Part shown: one piece after another, positions 46,061 to 55,444 of the stretch
Layout: every line of letters starts with the position of its first letter
Numbering within the stretch: the stretch's first letter is position 1
Source: a virus
Taxonomy: Duplodnaviria; Caudoviricetes
Strand: one strand, 5' to 3'
IMG/VR virus record: IMGVR_UViG_2870609773_000002
Location: 1 to 64,000 of that record
Length of the DNA stretch: 64,000 bases
Notes under the pieces: generated by a model
Database searches by the model: none
What the model was told of the DNA's origin: nothing
The model's input: the letters and a program-made list of their open reading frames with translations, nothing else
Position numbers and translations under genes: made by a program

Positions 46061-47029
46061 GTGAACGCTGAGCTGATCGTCGTCCGGAGCGAAGACGTCG
46101 CGCTGCCGCTGGACCTGCCGCCGATCATTCTCGACCTGACCCGGGCGTGGCTGTGGTCGTTCGACTCGAAGAACACGCGGGACACGTACGAGCGGTACAT
46201 TCGGCGATGGTTCGAGTTCTGCAACGAGACCGGCCTCGATCCGCTGGAGGCCCGCAAGCCGCACGGCGACGTGTTCTCCCGCTGGTTCCAGGAGACGGCC
46301 CGCCGACCACCGAAGCCGAAGACAGTGGCATTAGTCCTGTCCACGGTGTCGTCCTGGTACGAGTACCTGCACGAGACCGAAGCCCTCGACGCCAACCGGT
46401 TCAAGAAGACGCGACGACCGAAGATCCCCCGCAAGCACTCCGAGACGGTCGCGCTCACCAAGGGCGAGGCGCGGGACCTCCTCCGGGCGGCCGACGCCGA
46501 CCATGGCCGGGAACGGCTGCGCACCGCGGCGCTGCTCCGGCTGCTGCTGCAGACCGGCGTCCGCATCTCCGAGGCGGTGAACGCGCAGATCGACGACCTC
46601 GGGTTCGCCCGTGGGTATCGGACGCTGCGCATCACGGTGAAGGGCGGCGACACGATTACCCGGCGGCTGCCGGTGGAGGCGACGCACGCGCTGGATGTCT
46701 ACCTCGCTGAGCGGGCGCACCGCGAAGGGGTCGAGCTGCAGGACCTGCGGGGCCCGCTATTCGCGACCTCGACGGGCCAGAGCTGGAGCAGGTCGAAGGC
46801 GTTCGAGCTGGTGCGGCGCATTGCCGCCCAGGCGGGCATCACGTCGAAGGTGGGGCCGCACTCCCTGCGGCACACCTACGCATCGCTGGCGCAGGAGGCC
46901 GGCGTCGCGATGCGGCAGATCCAGCTCGACCTCAACCACGCCGACGTGTCCACGACGGAGATCTACTTGCACAGCCGGGACCGGCTGGAGAAGGACGCCT
47001 CTCAGGTGGTGGCGTCGCTGCTGGAGTAG
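46061..47029 (+). CDS. XerC/D-like tyrosine recombinase
   Basis: SAM-like N-domain; TGVRISE, VKGG, HSLRHTY, LNHADVSTTEIY; no arm-binding domain. Confidence 0.9.
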   Translation: MNAELIVVRSEDVALPLDLPPIILDLTRAWLWSFDSKNTRDTYERYIRRWFEFCNETGLDPLEARKPHGDVFSRWFQETARRPPKPKTVALVLSTVSSWYEYLHETEALDANRFKKTRRPKIPRKHSETVALTKGEARDLLRAADADHGRERLRTAALLRLLLQTGVRISEAVNAQIDDLGFARGYRTLRITVKGGDTITRRLPVEATHALDVYLAERAHREGVELQDLRGPLFATSTGQSWSRSKAFELVRRIAAQAGITSKVGPHSLRHTYASLAQEAGVAMRQIQLDLNHADVSTTEIYLHSRDRLEKDASQVVASLLE

Positions 47030-47451
47030 GAGGAGCACGTGCCCAGGTCGAGAACGAGCGCGCTGGACAAGTCGGCATGGACGCACCACTGCGGCGCGAT
47101 CAACCTGGGCACGTGGACCGACCGCGCGGTGTGCGGCGGCTGCCGGTACTCGGTGGGTCACGCCGAGGATGTCGAGCAGTACCGGCTTGTGCGTGTCTGG
47201 TGACGCAGCAACGCGCAATCTTCGCATTGGTCGCGTTTCTGGACATTAGAAACGTCGATCACCCGAGATGTGTGCGTCTCAGCTGCACGCTGATGCGTAA
47301 TTGGGGCTGTCTGAAGGCCATTTGGATGCGTCTGAATGTCGATCTTGTTAGCGTTGCTCTGAGACGTTTTCGCGGGTCACCGACATAACGGCAAGTGCAA
47401 AGGCTGGTGACCCTCGCAAATAGGTCACCGGCGGGCGGATGGTCGAGTCAA

Positions 47452-48327
47452 TCAACCGGTAGGGGGAAACTCCTCATCGTCCTCTTGATTGCCACTGATC
47501 ACTGTGATGTCCAGCTTCGTGCGCAGCCAGCAGGCGCCTCGATGGAAGACCCAGGCGGTAGGAACCGCGAGTAGAGCTGAACCCCACCCCTGTTCCATCA
47601 CAACGTCAATCAAGGCTGACAGGGTCACAGTACCGATGACCAGCCAGGTGCGGATCTCGGAGGAGAGTGCCCAGCAGGTGGCACGGATAAGCGGTTCCAG
47701 CGGGTGTGCGGCAGGGTTCGCCAAGGTGCGACGCAGCGCCCAGATGCGGCTGAGTTGGCGAAGCGCGTAGTAAATCTGCATGCTTCCGGTGGCCTTCGCC
47801 TTAGCAAGCTCGTGAAGCTCGCTAAGGATCTCTTCTCCGTAACGGCTTCGGTGCCTAGCGGGCAGAACGTGCATAGTGAGATTGACGATGGTGCTGGCCT
47901 TGCGAGCAACGGGACTCGTCTTGTCCCGTTGTCTCAGAGCGTCCAGGTGGGCCGCTGCGGATGCCCTCACTAGACTCCTGGTCTCGAATATGACCTCGGT
48001 AGCCAGATCCAAGGCTGCGATCAGCTCAAGGCGAGACGGCTCATAGGAAGACTCGAATGCGGCTTGCAGCTGATCGAGGACGGAGAGGCGCGTTTCCAAA
48101 ATGTCGGAGGCGTGAATATCTGCCCTGGTAAGGGCGACATGAAGATCAAAATGATGATCGCTGATAGTCGACAGGGTCAGCCTGACTTCGGAATCGGTGC
48201 CACTCAGCGCGGGCTTGTGCTGAAGTACTTTTCGCAGGTGCACGATGGCGTCGGTCAGCTTGCCGAGGAGGGCGTGAGCATGGCCTAGGGCCTCGCTTCG
48301 CGAGGATTCTTCGGCGGTTTGGATCAC
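47452..48327 (-). CDS. Membrane protein, PadR-partner type
   Basis: LPARHRSRYGEEILSEL motif then two TM helices. Confidence 0.6.
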   Translation of the reverse strand: MIQTAEESSRSEALGHAHALLGKLTDAIVHLRKVLQHKPALSGTDSEVRLTLSTISDHHFDLHVALTRADIHASDILETRLSVLDQLQAAFESSYEPSRLELIAALDLATEVIFETRSLVRASAAAHLDALRQRDKTSPVARKASTIVNLTMHVLPARHRSRYGEEILSELHELAKAKATGSMQIYYALRQLSRIWALRRTLANPAAHPLEPLIRATCWALSSEIRTWLVIGTVTLSALIDVVMEQGWGSALLAVPTAWVFHRGACWLRTKLDITVISGNQEDDEEFPPTG

Positions 48328-48641
48328 GCCGTTCCTCCGGACAATCCCCGGGAGAGGCCGGATAGACGGCTGCGCTTGGCTTCCGCATGAGCGAGCGATT
48401 GCCTTGCCTGCTCGATCCCGTCTCGCGTCAGGCGATAGTAGCGGCGCCGAGGTCGGCCCTGCTGATGGGGGTCTGTTTCTTCCCAGCGCGACTCCAGCCA
48501 GCCGAGGCCCTCGAAGCGGGCGAGAATGGGATGAATCGTCCCCGTGGGGAGACTAGCGGCGGCGCAAATCTCCAGACCATACATCTCTTGTGTGGGGTCT
48601 TCGAGCAGTGCTCGAAGCACGAGTTGCGTGGGCAGCGTCAT
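48324..48641 (-). CDS. PadR family transcriptional regulator
   Basis: MYGLEI...GTIHPILARFE..GWLESRWE...GRPRRRYYRLT. Confidence 0.9.
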   Translation of the reverse strand: MTLPTQLVLRALLEDPTQEMYGLEICAAASLPTGTIHPILARFEGLGWLESRWEETDPHQQGRPRRRYYRLTRDGIEQARQSLAHAEAKRSRLSGLSRGLSGGTA

Positions 48642-48734
48642 GCGCGGCCTGGACTGCTCGTACACGGTCGTATTCTACCTAGCCCCTAGGTAGAGAACGG
48701 CCAACCTCGCCATTTCCATCGAGCTGGAGGTGCT

Positions 48735-49364
48735 GTGCCCGCTATCGTGTCGCAGACCTATCGAATGGTCTCGGTCGCCGACCTCGAACCGCACCCCGAC
48801 AACCCTCACCAGGGCGACGTGGACGTGATCGCCGAGTCGATCAAGAAGAACGGCTTCTACGGCACGGTCCTGGTCCAGAAGTCGCAGATGCGGATCATCG
48901 CTGGTGAGCACCGCTGGCGCGGCGCGAAGGCCAACCACTTGCGGCAGGTGCCGGCCCTGATCATCGACGTTGACGACGACACCGCCACCCGGATCATGCT
49001 CGCCGACAACCGGACCGCCGAGTTCGGCGCGTACGACGACCACGCCCTTGCCGACCTGCTGCACGGCCTGGACGACCTCGACGGCACCGGCTGGACGGAG
49101 CAGGACCTCGACGACCTGGCCGACGCCATCGCCGCCGACAACGCGGTAGCCCTCGGCCCCGAACGCGCTCCGGTCCCGGGCGGTGGCCGCGCCGACCAGG
49201 CCGGCGCCGACGACGAAGAAGAGCTGCCGGAACCGGGCGACGCTGAGACGCATACGCGGCCCGTTGTCTGGGGCGTCGTGGTCACCTGCGACAGCGAGGC
49301 CGAGCAGGTGCAGCTCCTCAACCAGCTCACGGGCCAGGGCTGGAACGTCCGCGCCCTGATGTAG
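48735..49364 (+). CDS. ParB/Srx N-terminal domain protein
   Basis: LEPHPDNP...IIAGEHRWRGA...LADNRT. Confidence 0.85.
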   Translation: MPAIVSQTYRMVSVADLEPHPDNPHQGDVDVIAESIKKNGFYGTVLVQKSQMRIIAGEHRWRGAKANHLRQVPALIIDVDDDTATRIMLADNRTAEFGAYDDHALADLLHGLDDLDGTGWTEQDLDDLADAIAADNAVALGPERAPVPGGGRADQAGADDEEELPEPGDAETHTRPVVWGVVVTCDSEAEQVQLLNQLTGQGWNVRALM

Positions 49365-49393
49365 CCCCTGCTACCCCCTCGAAAGGTCGTGTT

Positions 49394-50479
49394 GTGCGAG
49401 CCGAGATCACCGTATCGGCACCGGTCCACAGGACTGCCCGAGTGCTGCAGCTCCAGGGCCTGTTCGACGTGCCCGTGGAGGAGCGGCTGAGCAACACCTG
49501 GGCCATGGACCTGCCGATCGAGGACCAGCCGTGGAGCGTAGGGCTGATCGTCGGCCCCTCCGGGGCTGGCAAGACGACCATCGCGCGGCACCTGTGGCCC
49601 GACCACGTCACCGGCCCGCACACCTGGTCCGAGGACCGGTCGCTCGTGGACGACTTCCCGGCCGACATGTCCATCAAGGACATCGTGGCCCTGCTGGGCG
49701 CGGTCGGACTGTCCTCGCCGCCGGCCTGGCTCCGGCCGCACCGAACGCTGAGCACCGGGGAGGCGTTCCGCGCATCCATCGCACGGGCCCTGGCCGAGTC
49801 CGGCGACCTGGTCGTCATCGACGAGTTCACGTCGGTCGTGGACCGCCAGGTCGCGCGGGTCGCCAGCCACACGATCCAGAAGACCGTACGGCGCGGTGGC
49901 CGCCAGTTCGTCGCCGTGACCTGCCATTACGACGTGCTGGAGTGGCTGCAGCCGGATTGGGTGCTGGACGTCTCGACAGGCTCGTTCGAGTGGAGGTCGG
50001 TTCAACCCCGCCCCCAGCTCCAGCTCGAAATCCGGCCGGTCGATGGACAGCTCTGGCCTGTCTTCGCACGTCATCACTATCTGAGCTCGGACCTCCACCG
50101 CTCCAGCAAGAAGTTCGCCGGGTTCATCAACGGTGAGCCGGTCGCGTTCCTGGCCTACCGGCACTTCCAGCACCCGGCGACGCGGAACCTGAAGATGGAG
50201 CACCGGCTGGTGGTTCTGCCGGACTATCAGGGGCTCGGCATCGGGAGCCGCTTCTCCGAGTGGATGGGGCAGCGGCTGTACGAGCAGGGGTTCCGCTACC
50301 GGTCGGTGTCGTCACATCCGGCGCTGATCGCCTACCGAAGCGCGTCGCCGCGGTGGCGGATGATCCAGGGCCAGAAGAAGCTCGGCACCCGGTCCAAGCA
50401 CCAGTGGATGCACGCGCAGACGCTCGACCCGCGCCGTCTCGGTGTCGTGTCGTTCGAGTACGTGGCACCGCGAATCTAG
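49394..50479 (+). CDS. ABC-type ATPase fused to GNAT (Mom-like) acetyltransferase
   Basis: GPSGAGKT, LSTGE, IDEFTSVVD, TCH; RLVVLPDYQGLGIG. Confidence 0.85.
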   Translation: MRAEITVSAPVHRTARVLQLQGLFDVPVEERLSNTWAMDLPIEDQPWSVGLIVGPSGAGKTTIARHLWPDHVTGPHTWSEDRSLVDDFPADMSIKDIVALLGAVGLSSPPAWLRPHRTLSTGEAFRASIARALAESGDLVVIDEFTSVVDRQVARVASHTIQKTVRRGGRQFVAVTCHYDVLEWLQPDWVLDVSTGSFEWRSVQPRPQLQLEIRPVDGQLWPVFARHHYLSSDLHRSSKKFAGFINGEPVAFLAYRHFQHPATRNLKMEHRLVVLPDYQGLGIGSRFSEWMGQRLYEQGFRYRSVSSHPALIAYRSASPRWRMIQGQKKLGTRSKHQWMHAQTLDPRRLGVVSFEYVAPRI

Positions 50480-50850
50480 GCGGCGAACGCCTTTGTCCAC
50501 CCGGCCGGAGCTGGCCGTAGCCCCAGCGCCCCAGCCGCGGGCATTGGCGTGACGGCCGGTCGGGCGTCGGTGACCAGCCAGTGATTCACCCCGGCGCGGG
50601 CCCACAGCGAGCTGCTGTCCTGGCGGATGTCCACGAGGTTCACCGACCCGAGGATCATGCCGCGCAGCATCGGCCCGTCGAGGACGATCCCTAGTTGATC
50701 CATGAGCTCGAACCCCTCGGCGTCGATCTTGAGGCCCGAATGGATCAGGAGCCTGCCCCGATACGGCGTGCCCCAGCTCCGGTTCTCCACGTCCTTGATG
50801 CCCGCGACGAGCAACGCCGCCCATGGCTGCCGGACGGTCAGCATCCGCAC
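50476..50850 (-). CDS. ASCH domain protein
   Basis: LTVRQPWAALLVAGIKDVENRSW...RGRLLIHSG. Confidence 0.88.
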   Translation of the reverse strand: MRMLTVRQPWAALLVAGIKDVENRSWGTPYRGRLLIHSGLKIDAEGFELMDQLGIVLDGPMLRGMILGSVNLVDIRQDSSSLWARAGVNHWLVTDARPAVTPMPAAGALGLRPAPAGWTKAFAA

Positions 50851-50882
50851 CCGAGAAGCGTAGTAGATCAGGAGCTGCCCTC

Positions 50883-51368
50883 ATGGTCGTCAGCAAGGCC
50901 CGTCAGGTCGAGATCTCCCAGCGGCGCTACCAGGCGGTCCAGATGCGGATCGCTGGAGTGTCGCCCACGGTCATCGCCGAGCGGCTGGGCTACTCGGGCG
51001 CGGCCTCGGTGTCGAAGGACATCGACAGGGCGCTGCAGAAGGCCGCCAAGCAGGAGCAGATGGCGAGCGAGCAGCTTCTCAAGCTGGAGATCGACCGGCT
51101 CGACCGCATCATGGCCTCGCTGTGGCCGAAGGTCGTCAAGGGCGAGGTTCAGGCCTGCGAGACGGCGCTGAAGTGCATCAACCGGCGGTCGGCTCTGCTG
51201 GGCCTGGACCTGATCAACAGGAACGGCATCGCGGACGGCGACATGGCGTCTCTGCTGGGCAACCTGCTGCTCCAGATCCAGCAACGGCACACCATCCCCG
51301 ACCCCGACACGGACACCATCCTCGAGGCCGAGGTGATCGGTGAGATCGAGTCGGGGGACGGCCTGTGA
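50883..51368 (+). CDS. Terminase small subunit candidate (HTH)
   Basis: AGVSPTVIAERLGYS; overlaps TerL start. Confidence 0.7.
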   Translation: MVVSKARQVEISQRRYQAVQMRIAGVSPTVIAERLGYSGAASVSKDIDRALQKAAKQEQMASEQLLKLEIDRLDRIMASLWPKVVKGEVQACETALKCINRRSALLGLDLINRNGIADGDMASLLGNLLLQIQQRHTIPDPDTDTILEAEVIGEIESGDGL

Positions 51369-52651
51369 GCACGCCGGCGCCGACGCCGCTGAACCTGTCG
51401 CCCAAGCAGCTCCGGTCGATCGGCGAGTCCACAGCTCGCCTGAACATCTGGTCGGGCGCGATCCGGTCGGGCAAGACGATCGCCTCGCTGCTGCGGTGGG
51501 TTATGTACGTCGCGAACGCGCCGCGCGGGGGCTCGTTGGTGATCGTGGGCAAGACATCGGACACGATCGCCCGGAACGTCTTTGACGTGCTGCAAGACCC
51601 GGCGATCACCGGCCCGATCGCGCGGCGGATCATCTACACCCGTGGCGCTCCCACGGCGAACATCCTCGGGCGACGCATTGAGATCATCTCGTCGAACGAC
51701 GCCCGGTCGGAGAACCGGCTGCGAGGCATGACCTGTGCTGGTGCTTACGTCGATGAGATCACGCTGATCGAGCGGGAGTTCTGGGACCAGCTCTTGGCCC
51801 GGCTCAGCGTCACGGGCGCCAAACTGTTCGGGACCACGAATCCCGATGCTCCGAACCACTGGTTGAAGCGCCAGTTCCTTGACCGCAAGTACGAGCTTGA
51901 CCTGCGGCATTGGCACTTCAGGTTGGACGACAACACCGCGTTGGACCCGGCGTACGTCAAGGCGCTCAAGGCTGAGTACACCGGGCTCTGGTTCAAGAGA
52001 TTCATCTTGGGCCAGTGGGTCATGGCCGAGGGCGCGATCTACGACATGTTCGACCCGGACCGGCACGTCGTGGACATCCTGCCGCCCATGGAGCGATGGC
52101 TGGCCTGCGGCGTTGACTATGGCACCGTCAATCCGTTCGATGCCATCCTCATCGGCGTATCCACTCCGGACGACACTGGCCAGCGGCGCATCTATCTCGC
52201 CAGCGAGTTCCGCTGGGACTCCCGCGCCGAGCGGAAGCAACTCACCGACGCCGAGTACAGCCTGAAGCTCGGGGCGTGGCTGGACAACATCCCCGACACC
52301 TACGGCCCCGGCACCCGCGGGGTACGGCCGCAGTGGGTCGTGGTGGATCCATCCGCCGCGTCGTTCATCACGCAACTCCAGCGCGACGGCTTCACCCCGA
52401 CCATGGGCGACAACTCCGTCAACGACGGCATCCGCACCGTCAGCAATCTGCTCGGCGCTGACCACCTGCGGATCCACCGCTCGGTGTCCGGGTTCCTCGA
52501 CGAGGTCGGCTCGTACGCGTGGGACGACAAGAAGGCCGAGAAAGGCGACGACGTGCCCGTGAAGGTGGATGACCACGCGTTGGACGCTGTCCGGTACGGC
52601 CTGCACACCACGCAAGCGGCCTGGCTGCCGCTGCTGCAGCCGGTCTACTGA
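51365..52651 (+). CDS. terL: Terminase large subunit (PBSX-like)
   Basis: GAIRSGKT, YVDE, TTNP, GVDYG, DHALDAVRY. Confidence 0.95.
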   Translation: MSTPAPTPLNLSPKQLRSIGESTARLNIWSGAIRSGKTIASLLRWVMYVANAPRGGSLVIVGKTSDTIARNVFDVLQDPAITGPIARRIIYTRGAPTANILGRRIEIISSNDARSENRLRGMTCAGAYVDEITLIEREFWDQLLARLSVTGAKLFGTTNPDAPNHWLKRQFLDRKYELDLRHWHFRLDDNTALDPAYVKALKAEYTGLWFKRFILGQWVMAEGAIYDMFDPDRHVVDILPPMERWLACGVDYGTVNPFDAILIGVSTPDDTGQRRIYLASEFRWDSRAERKQLTDAEYSLKLGAWLDNIPDTYGPGTRGVRPQWVVVDPSAASFITQLQRDGFTPTMGDNSVNDGIRTVSNLLGADHLRIHRSVSGFLDEVGSYAWDDKKAEKGDDVPVKVDDHALDAVRYGLHTTQAAWLPLLQPVY

Positions 52652-52855
52652 CCATGAACGCGCACCCCCGTTCTGTGGCGGGCTGAGGGGTGCGTTGCTC
52701 CGCACGTCCACCCGCGTGTGTCGAGCACCTGGCGCGGTCCCGGTCCCGTAGTTGAGGGGCTACCAGGCTGGGGCCGCGCCTACGCCACACCGTGTGTTTC
52801 ACCACGTCAGGGCCATCCGCACCGGGTGGCCCTTCTGCATGTCCGGGAGGGCATC

Positions 52856-53407
52856 ATGCGGGAGACCGCGCGACTGACCGAGGGAAGCCACCTGGCGGCC
52901 GGCCTGGGCCGCCACGACACCGCGCGGTGGCGCTGCACCTGGCGACTGGAGAAGTTCCACGGCGACGACACCGGCCCGGACGCCGTGCCGTTCGAGGTGA
53001 TCGAGCGTGAGGGCAACGCGCTGATGTACGGCGGGGTGTCCGCGCTGTGGCACCGTCTCACCGGCGGCAGCGCGGTGGCCGCGTTCGACGCGACCAACGC
53101 GAGGATCGGTGTGGGCGACGGCACCGCCGCGGCGGACCCGCTGCAGACCGACCTGCAGGGCCCGAACAAGGTCCGCAAGGGCATGGACGCCGGCTACCCG
53201 CAGCACACGGACAGCACCGGCGCCGCCGCCAACACGGTCACCTTCAGGGCGACGTTCTCCACGGCCGAAGCGAACTTCGCCTGGGCCGAGTGGGGCGTGT
53301 TCAACGGCGCGTCCGGCGGGCGGATGCTCAACCGCAAGGTGGAGGCCCTCGGCACGAAGACGTCCGCCGCGTCCTGGGTGTTCACGGTGCAGCTCTCCCT
53401 GACCTGA
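52856..53407 (+). CDS. Virion-associated (tail/baseplate-type) protein
   Basis: GGGAGG SD; IGVGDG...TFRATF...ANFAWAEWGVFN...MLNRKV. Confidence 0.65.
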   Translation: MRETARLTEGSHLAAGLGRHDTARWRCTWRLEKFHGDDTGPDAVPFEVIEREGNALMYGGVSALWHRLTGGSAVAAFDATNARIGVGDGTAAADPLQTDLQGPNKVRKGMDAGYPQHTDSTGAAANTVTFRATFSTAEANFAWAEWGVFNGASGGRMLNRKVEALGTKTSAASWVFTVQLSLT

Positions 53408-53439
53408 GCCACGCGACTGCCTGACGGGGAGGGGGCGCG

Positions 53440-55431
53440 GTGGCGACCATCCTGGAGGACTTCGAGGACGACACCTTCGCCCTCACCATCGAGGGCGATT
53501 GGGCGCGGGACAACGAGTTCGCTGCCCTCGGCACGTCGTGGTCTTTGAAAAGCGCCGACATCGGCGGAGAAGCCACGACGGAGGTCGTTGTCACCGTCCC
53601 GGGTGGGGCGACATCCCTGAGCTTCTACTACAAGGTGTCGTCCGAGCTCGACTACGACGAGTTCCACGTCTTGATCGACGACGTGGAAGTGCTCCTCAAC
53701 TCCGGCGAGGTGGACTGGACTGAGGCCACGTTCACCCTGACCGGCGCGTCGCAGGTGACCTTCCTCTACACCAAGGACGACTCGGTAGACAGAGGGCGGG
53801 ACGCTGCCTGGATCGACCAAATCCAGTTCACTGTCCCCGGCGAGACCAAGAGCGCCACCGACATCGGCGCGGTGCTGACCGAGACGGCTGCGGTCGCCCA
53901 CGTGCCGGAGGTCGCCAAGGCCAGCAGTGACAGCGGGCGTTTGGTCGAGGCGCGCTGGGTGGGTGAGCCGCCAGCGGCCGGTACACCGCCGACGATCCGC
54001 TCAACCTCAACGGGCACGTCGGGCTCGTCGAGCTACAACGTCACTGCGCCGGCCGGGGTCGCAGCGAATGATGTGCTGATCGGGATCCAAGCGGCGGACC
54101 GGGGGTCCACCGCAAACATGACGACCCCGAGCGGCGGCAGCGCGTGGCAACCGCTGGACTCGCTGGACGGGACCAGCGAACTCGGCGTCATTCAGGCGAT
54201 CCGAGTGTGGTGGAAGCGTGCGGGGTCGTCCGAACCGACCGCGTACGTCTTCTCCCAGGGCAGTGGCTCGGACGGCACCTGCCTGATCGTGGCCATCAAG
54301 GACGCATCGCTGACGGCGACACCCAAGATCGTCCGCTCGACGGACGGCACCGGGCTGAACATCACAACGCCAGGCATCACCCCGGACTCGGGAAGCAACG
54401 TTGAGGTCCGGCTGGTTGCGGCCTACGCGCTCGGCGCTGCCATGACCTTCACGACGCCGAATGGGCTGACACCGCTGACTCGCGTCCAGTCGCGGACCTA
54501 CACCGTCTTGGCGGCGGCGGCTCGTGCGCTGCAGTCGAACGCGGCCACGTCGCCTGCTGACTTCGTGGCTTCGGTAGATGCGGTGGAGTGGCGGGCCGGC
54601 TACACCCTGGCCATCGCTCCGGCTGTCACCGGGCCTCCGCAGGTGACCAAGTCAGCGGCCGATGCGGGAGTGGTGGCGGAGTCGTCTGCGGTCACCGTCC
54701 TGCCGGACGGCATTCCCAAGGCGGCCAGCGACACCGGAACCCTGGCCGAGATGGCAGTGGCCACGGCCGGCATCACCTCGTTGGACGCGGCGACGCTGGC
54801 AGAAGCCGCCGTTCTTGCCACCGAGCAGGCCGGTGCTGATCAAGCGTCGCTGATCGAGTCGTCGATGCTGACGGTCGGCTGGTCCGGCACGGACCAAGCA
54901 GTATCAGCTGAAACTGCCCAGGTGGACGTCCAGGTGACGACCAGCGACAGCGGCACGCTGGCCGAGTCGGTAGCCATCGCCGAGACGATCGGCCCGATCT
55001 CCAGCGACCACGCAGTGCTGAACGAAGCTGCCGCGCTGGCGGTAGGGACGACAGCCGAGGACACCGGCGCGCTGACCGAGGTCTCAGACGTTGCCGTCCT
55101 CAAGCAGGCCAGCGACTTCGCGCAGCTCGTCGAGTCGGTCGAGGTGGGCCTGACATCGGCCGACAGCGCAACGCTCGTCGAGACGATGCAGGGCGCAGCG
55201 GGCATCGCTGCCAGCGACAGCGCCGTCATCGACGACGAGGCCGTGGTCGAGGCGCCGCGTGCCGCAACGGACTCGGCAGCTCTCGTTGAGACGGCCACGG
55301 TGACAAGCCTGGGCCGGGATATCACCGGGCTTGGCCCGATCTACCGCCGCTGGTCGGCGGGTTCCCCGTACCGCAGGTACACCGCTGGTGAGCCGCGCCG
55401 CGACTGGGGCGCGGGCTCACCGCGAACGTAG
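53440..55431 (+). CDS. Tail-fibre/adhesin-like protein with D-x-[AG]-x-L-x-E repeats
   Basis: Beta-rich N-domain, APAGVAANDVLI-type domain, about 14 repeats such as SDSGTLAE and ADSATLVE. Confidence 0.6.
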   Translation: MATILEDFEDDTFALTIEGDWARDNEFAALGTSWSLKSADIGGEATTEVVVTVPGGATSLSFYYKVSSELDYDEFHVLIDDVEVLLNSGEVDWTEATFTLTGASQVTFLYTKDDSVDRGRDAAWIDQIQFTVPGETKSATDIGAVLTETAAVAHVPEVAKASSDSGRLVEARWVGEPPAAGTPPTIRSTSTGTSGSSSYNVTAPAGVAANDVLIGIQAADRGSTANMTTPSGGSAWQPLDSLDGTSELGVIQAIRVWWKRAGSSEPTAYVFSQGSGSDGTCLIVAIKDASLTATPKIVRSTDGTGLNITTPGITPDSGSNVEVRLVAAYALGAAMTFTTPNGLTPLTRVQSRTYTVLAAAARALQSNAATSPADFVASVDAVEWRAGYTLAIAPAVTGPPQVTKSAADAGVVAESSAVTVLPDGIPKAASDTGTLAEMAVATAGITSLDAATLAEAAVLATEQAGADQASLIESSMLTVGWSGTDQAVSAETAQVDVQVTTSDSGTLAESVAIAETIGPISSDHAVLNEAAALAVGTTAEDTGALTEVSDVAVLKQASDFAQLVESVEVGLTSADSATLVETMQGAAGIAASDSAVIDDEAVVEAPRAATDSAALVETATVTSLGRDITGLGPIYRRWSAGSPYRRYTAGEPRRDWGAGSPRT

Positions 55432-55444
55432 GGAGGACCGCCCC

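Noticed and set aside
49394-50479. ABC transporter
   Set aside because: No permease nearby; the ATPase is fused to a GNAT in a packaging-adjacent context.
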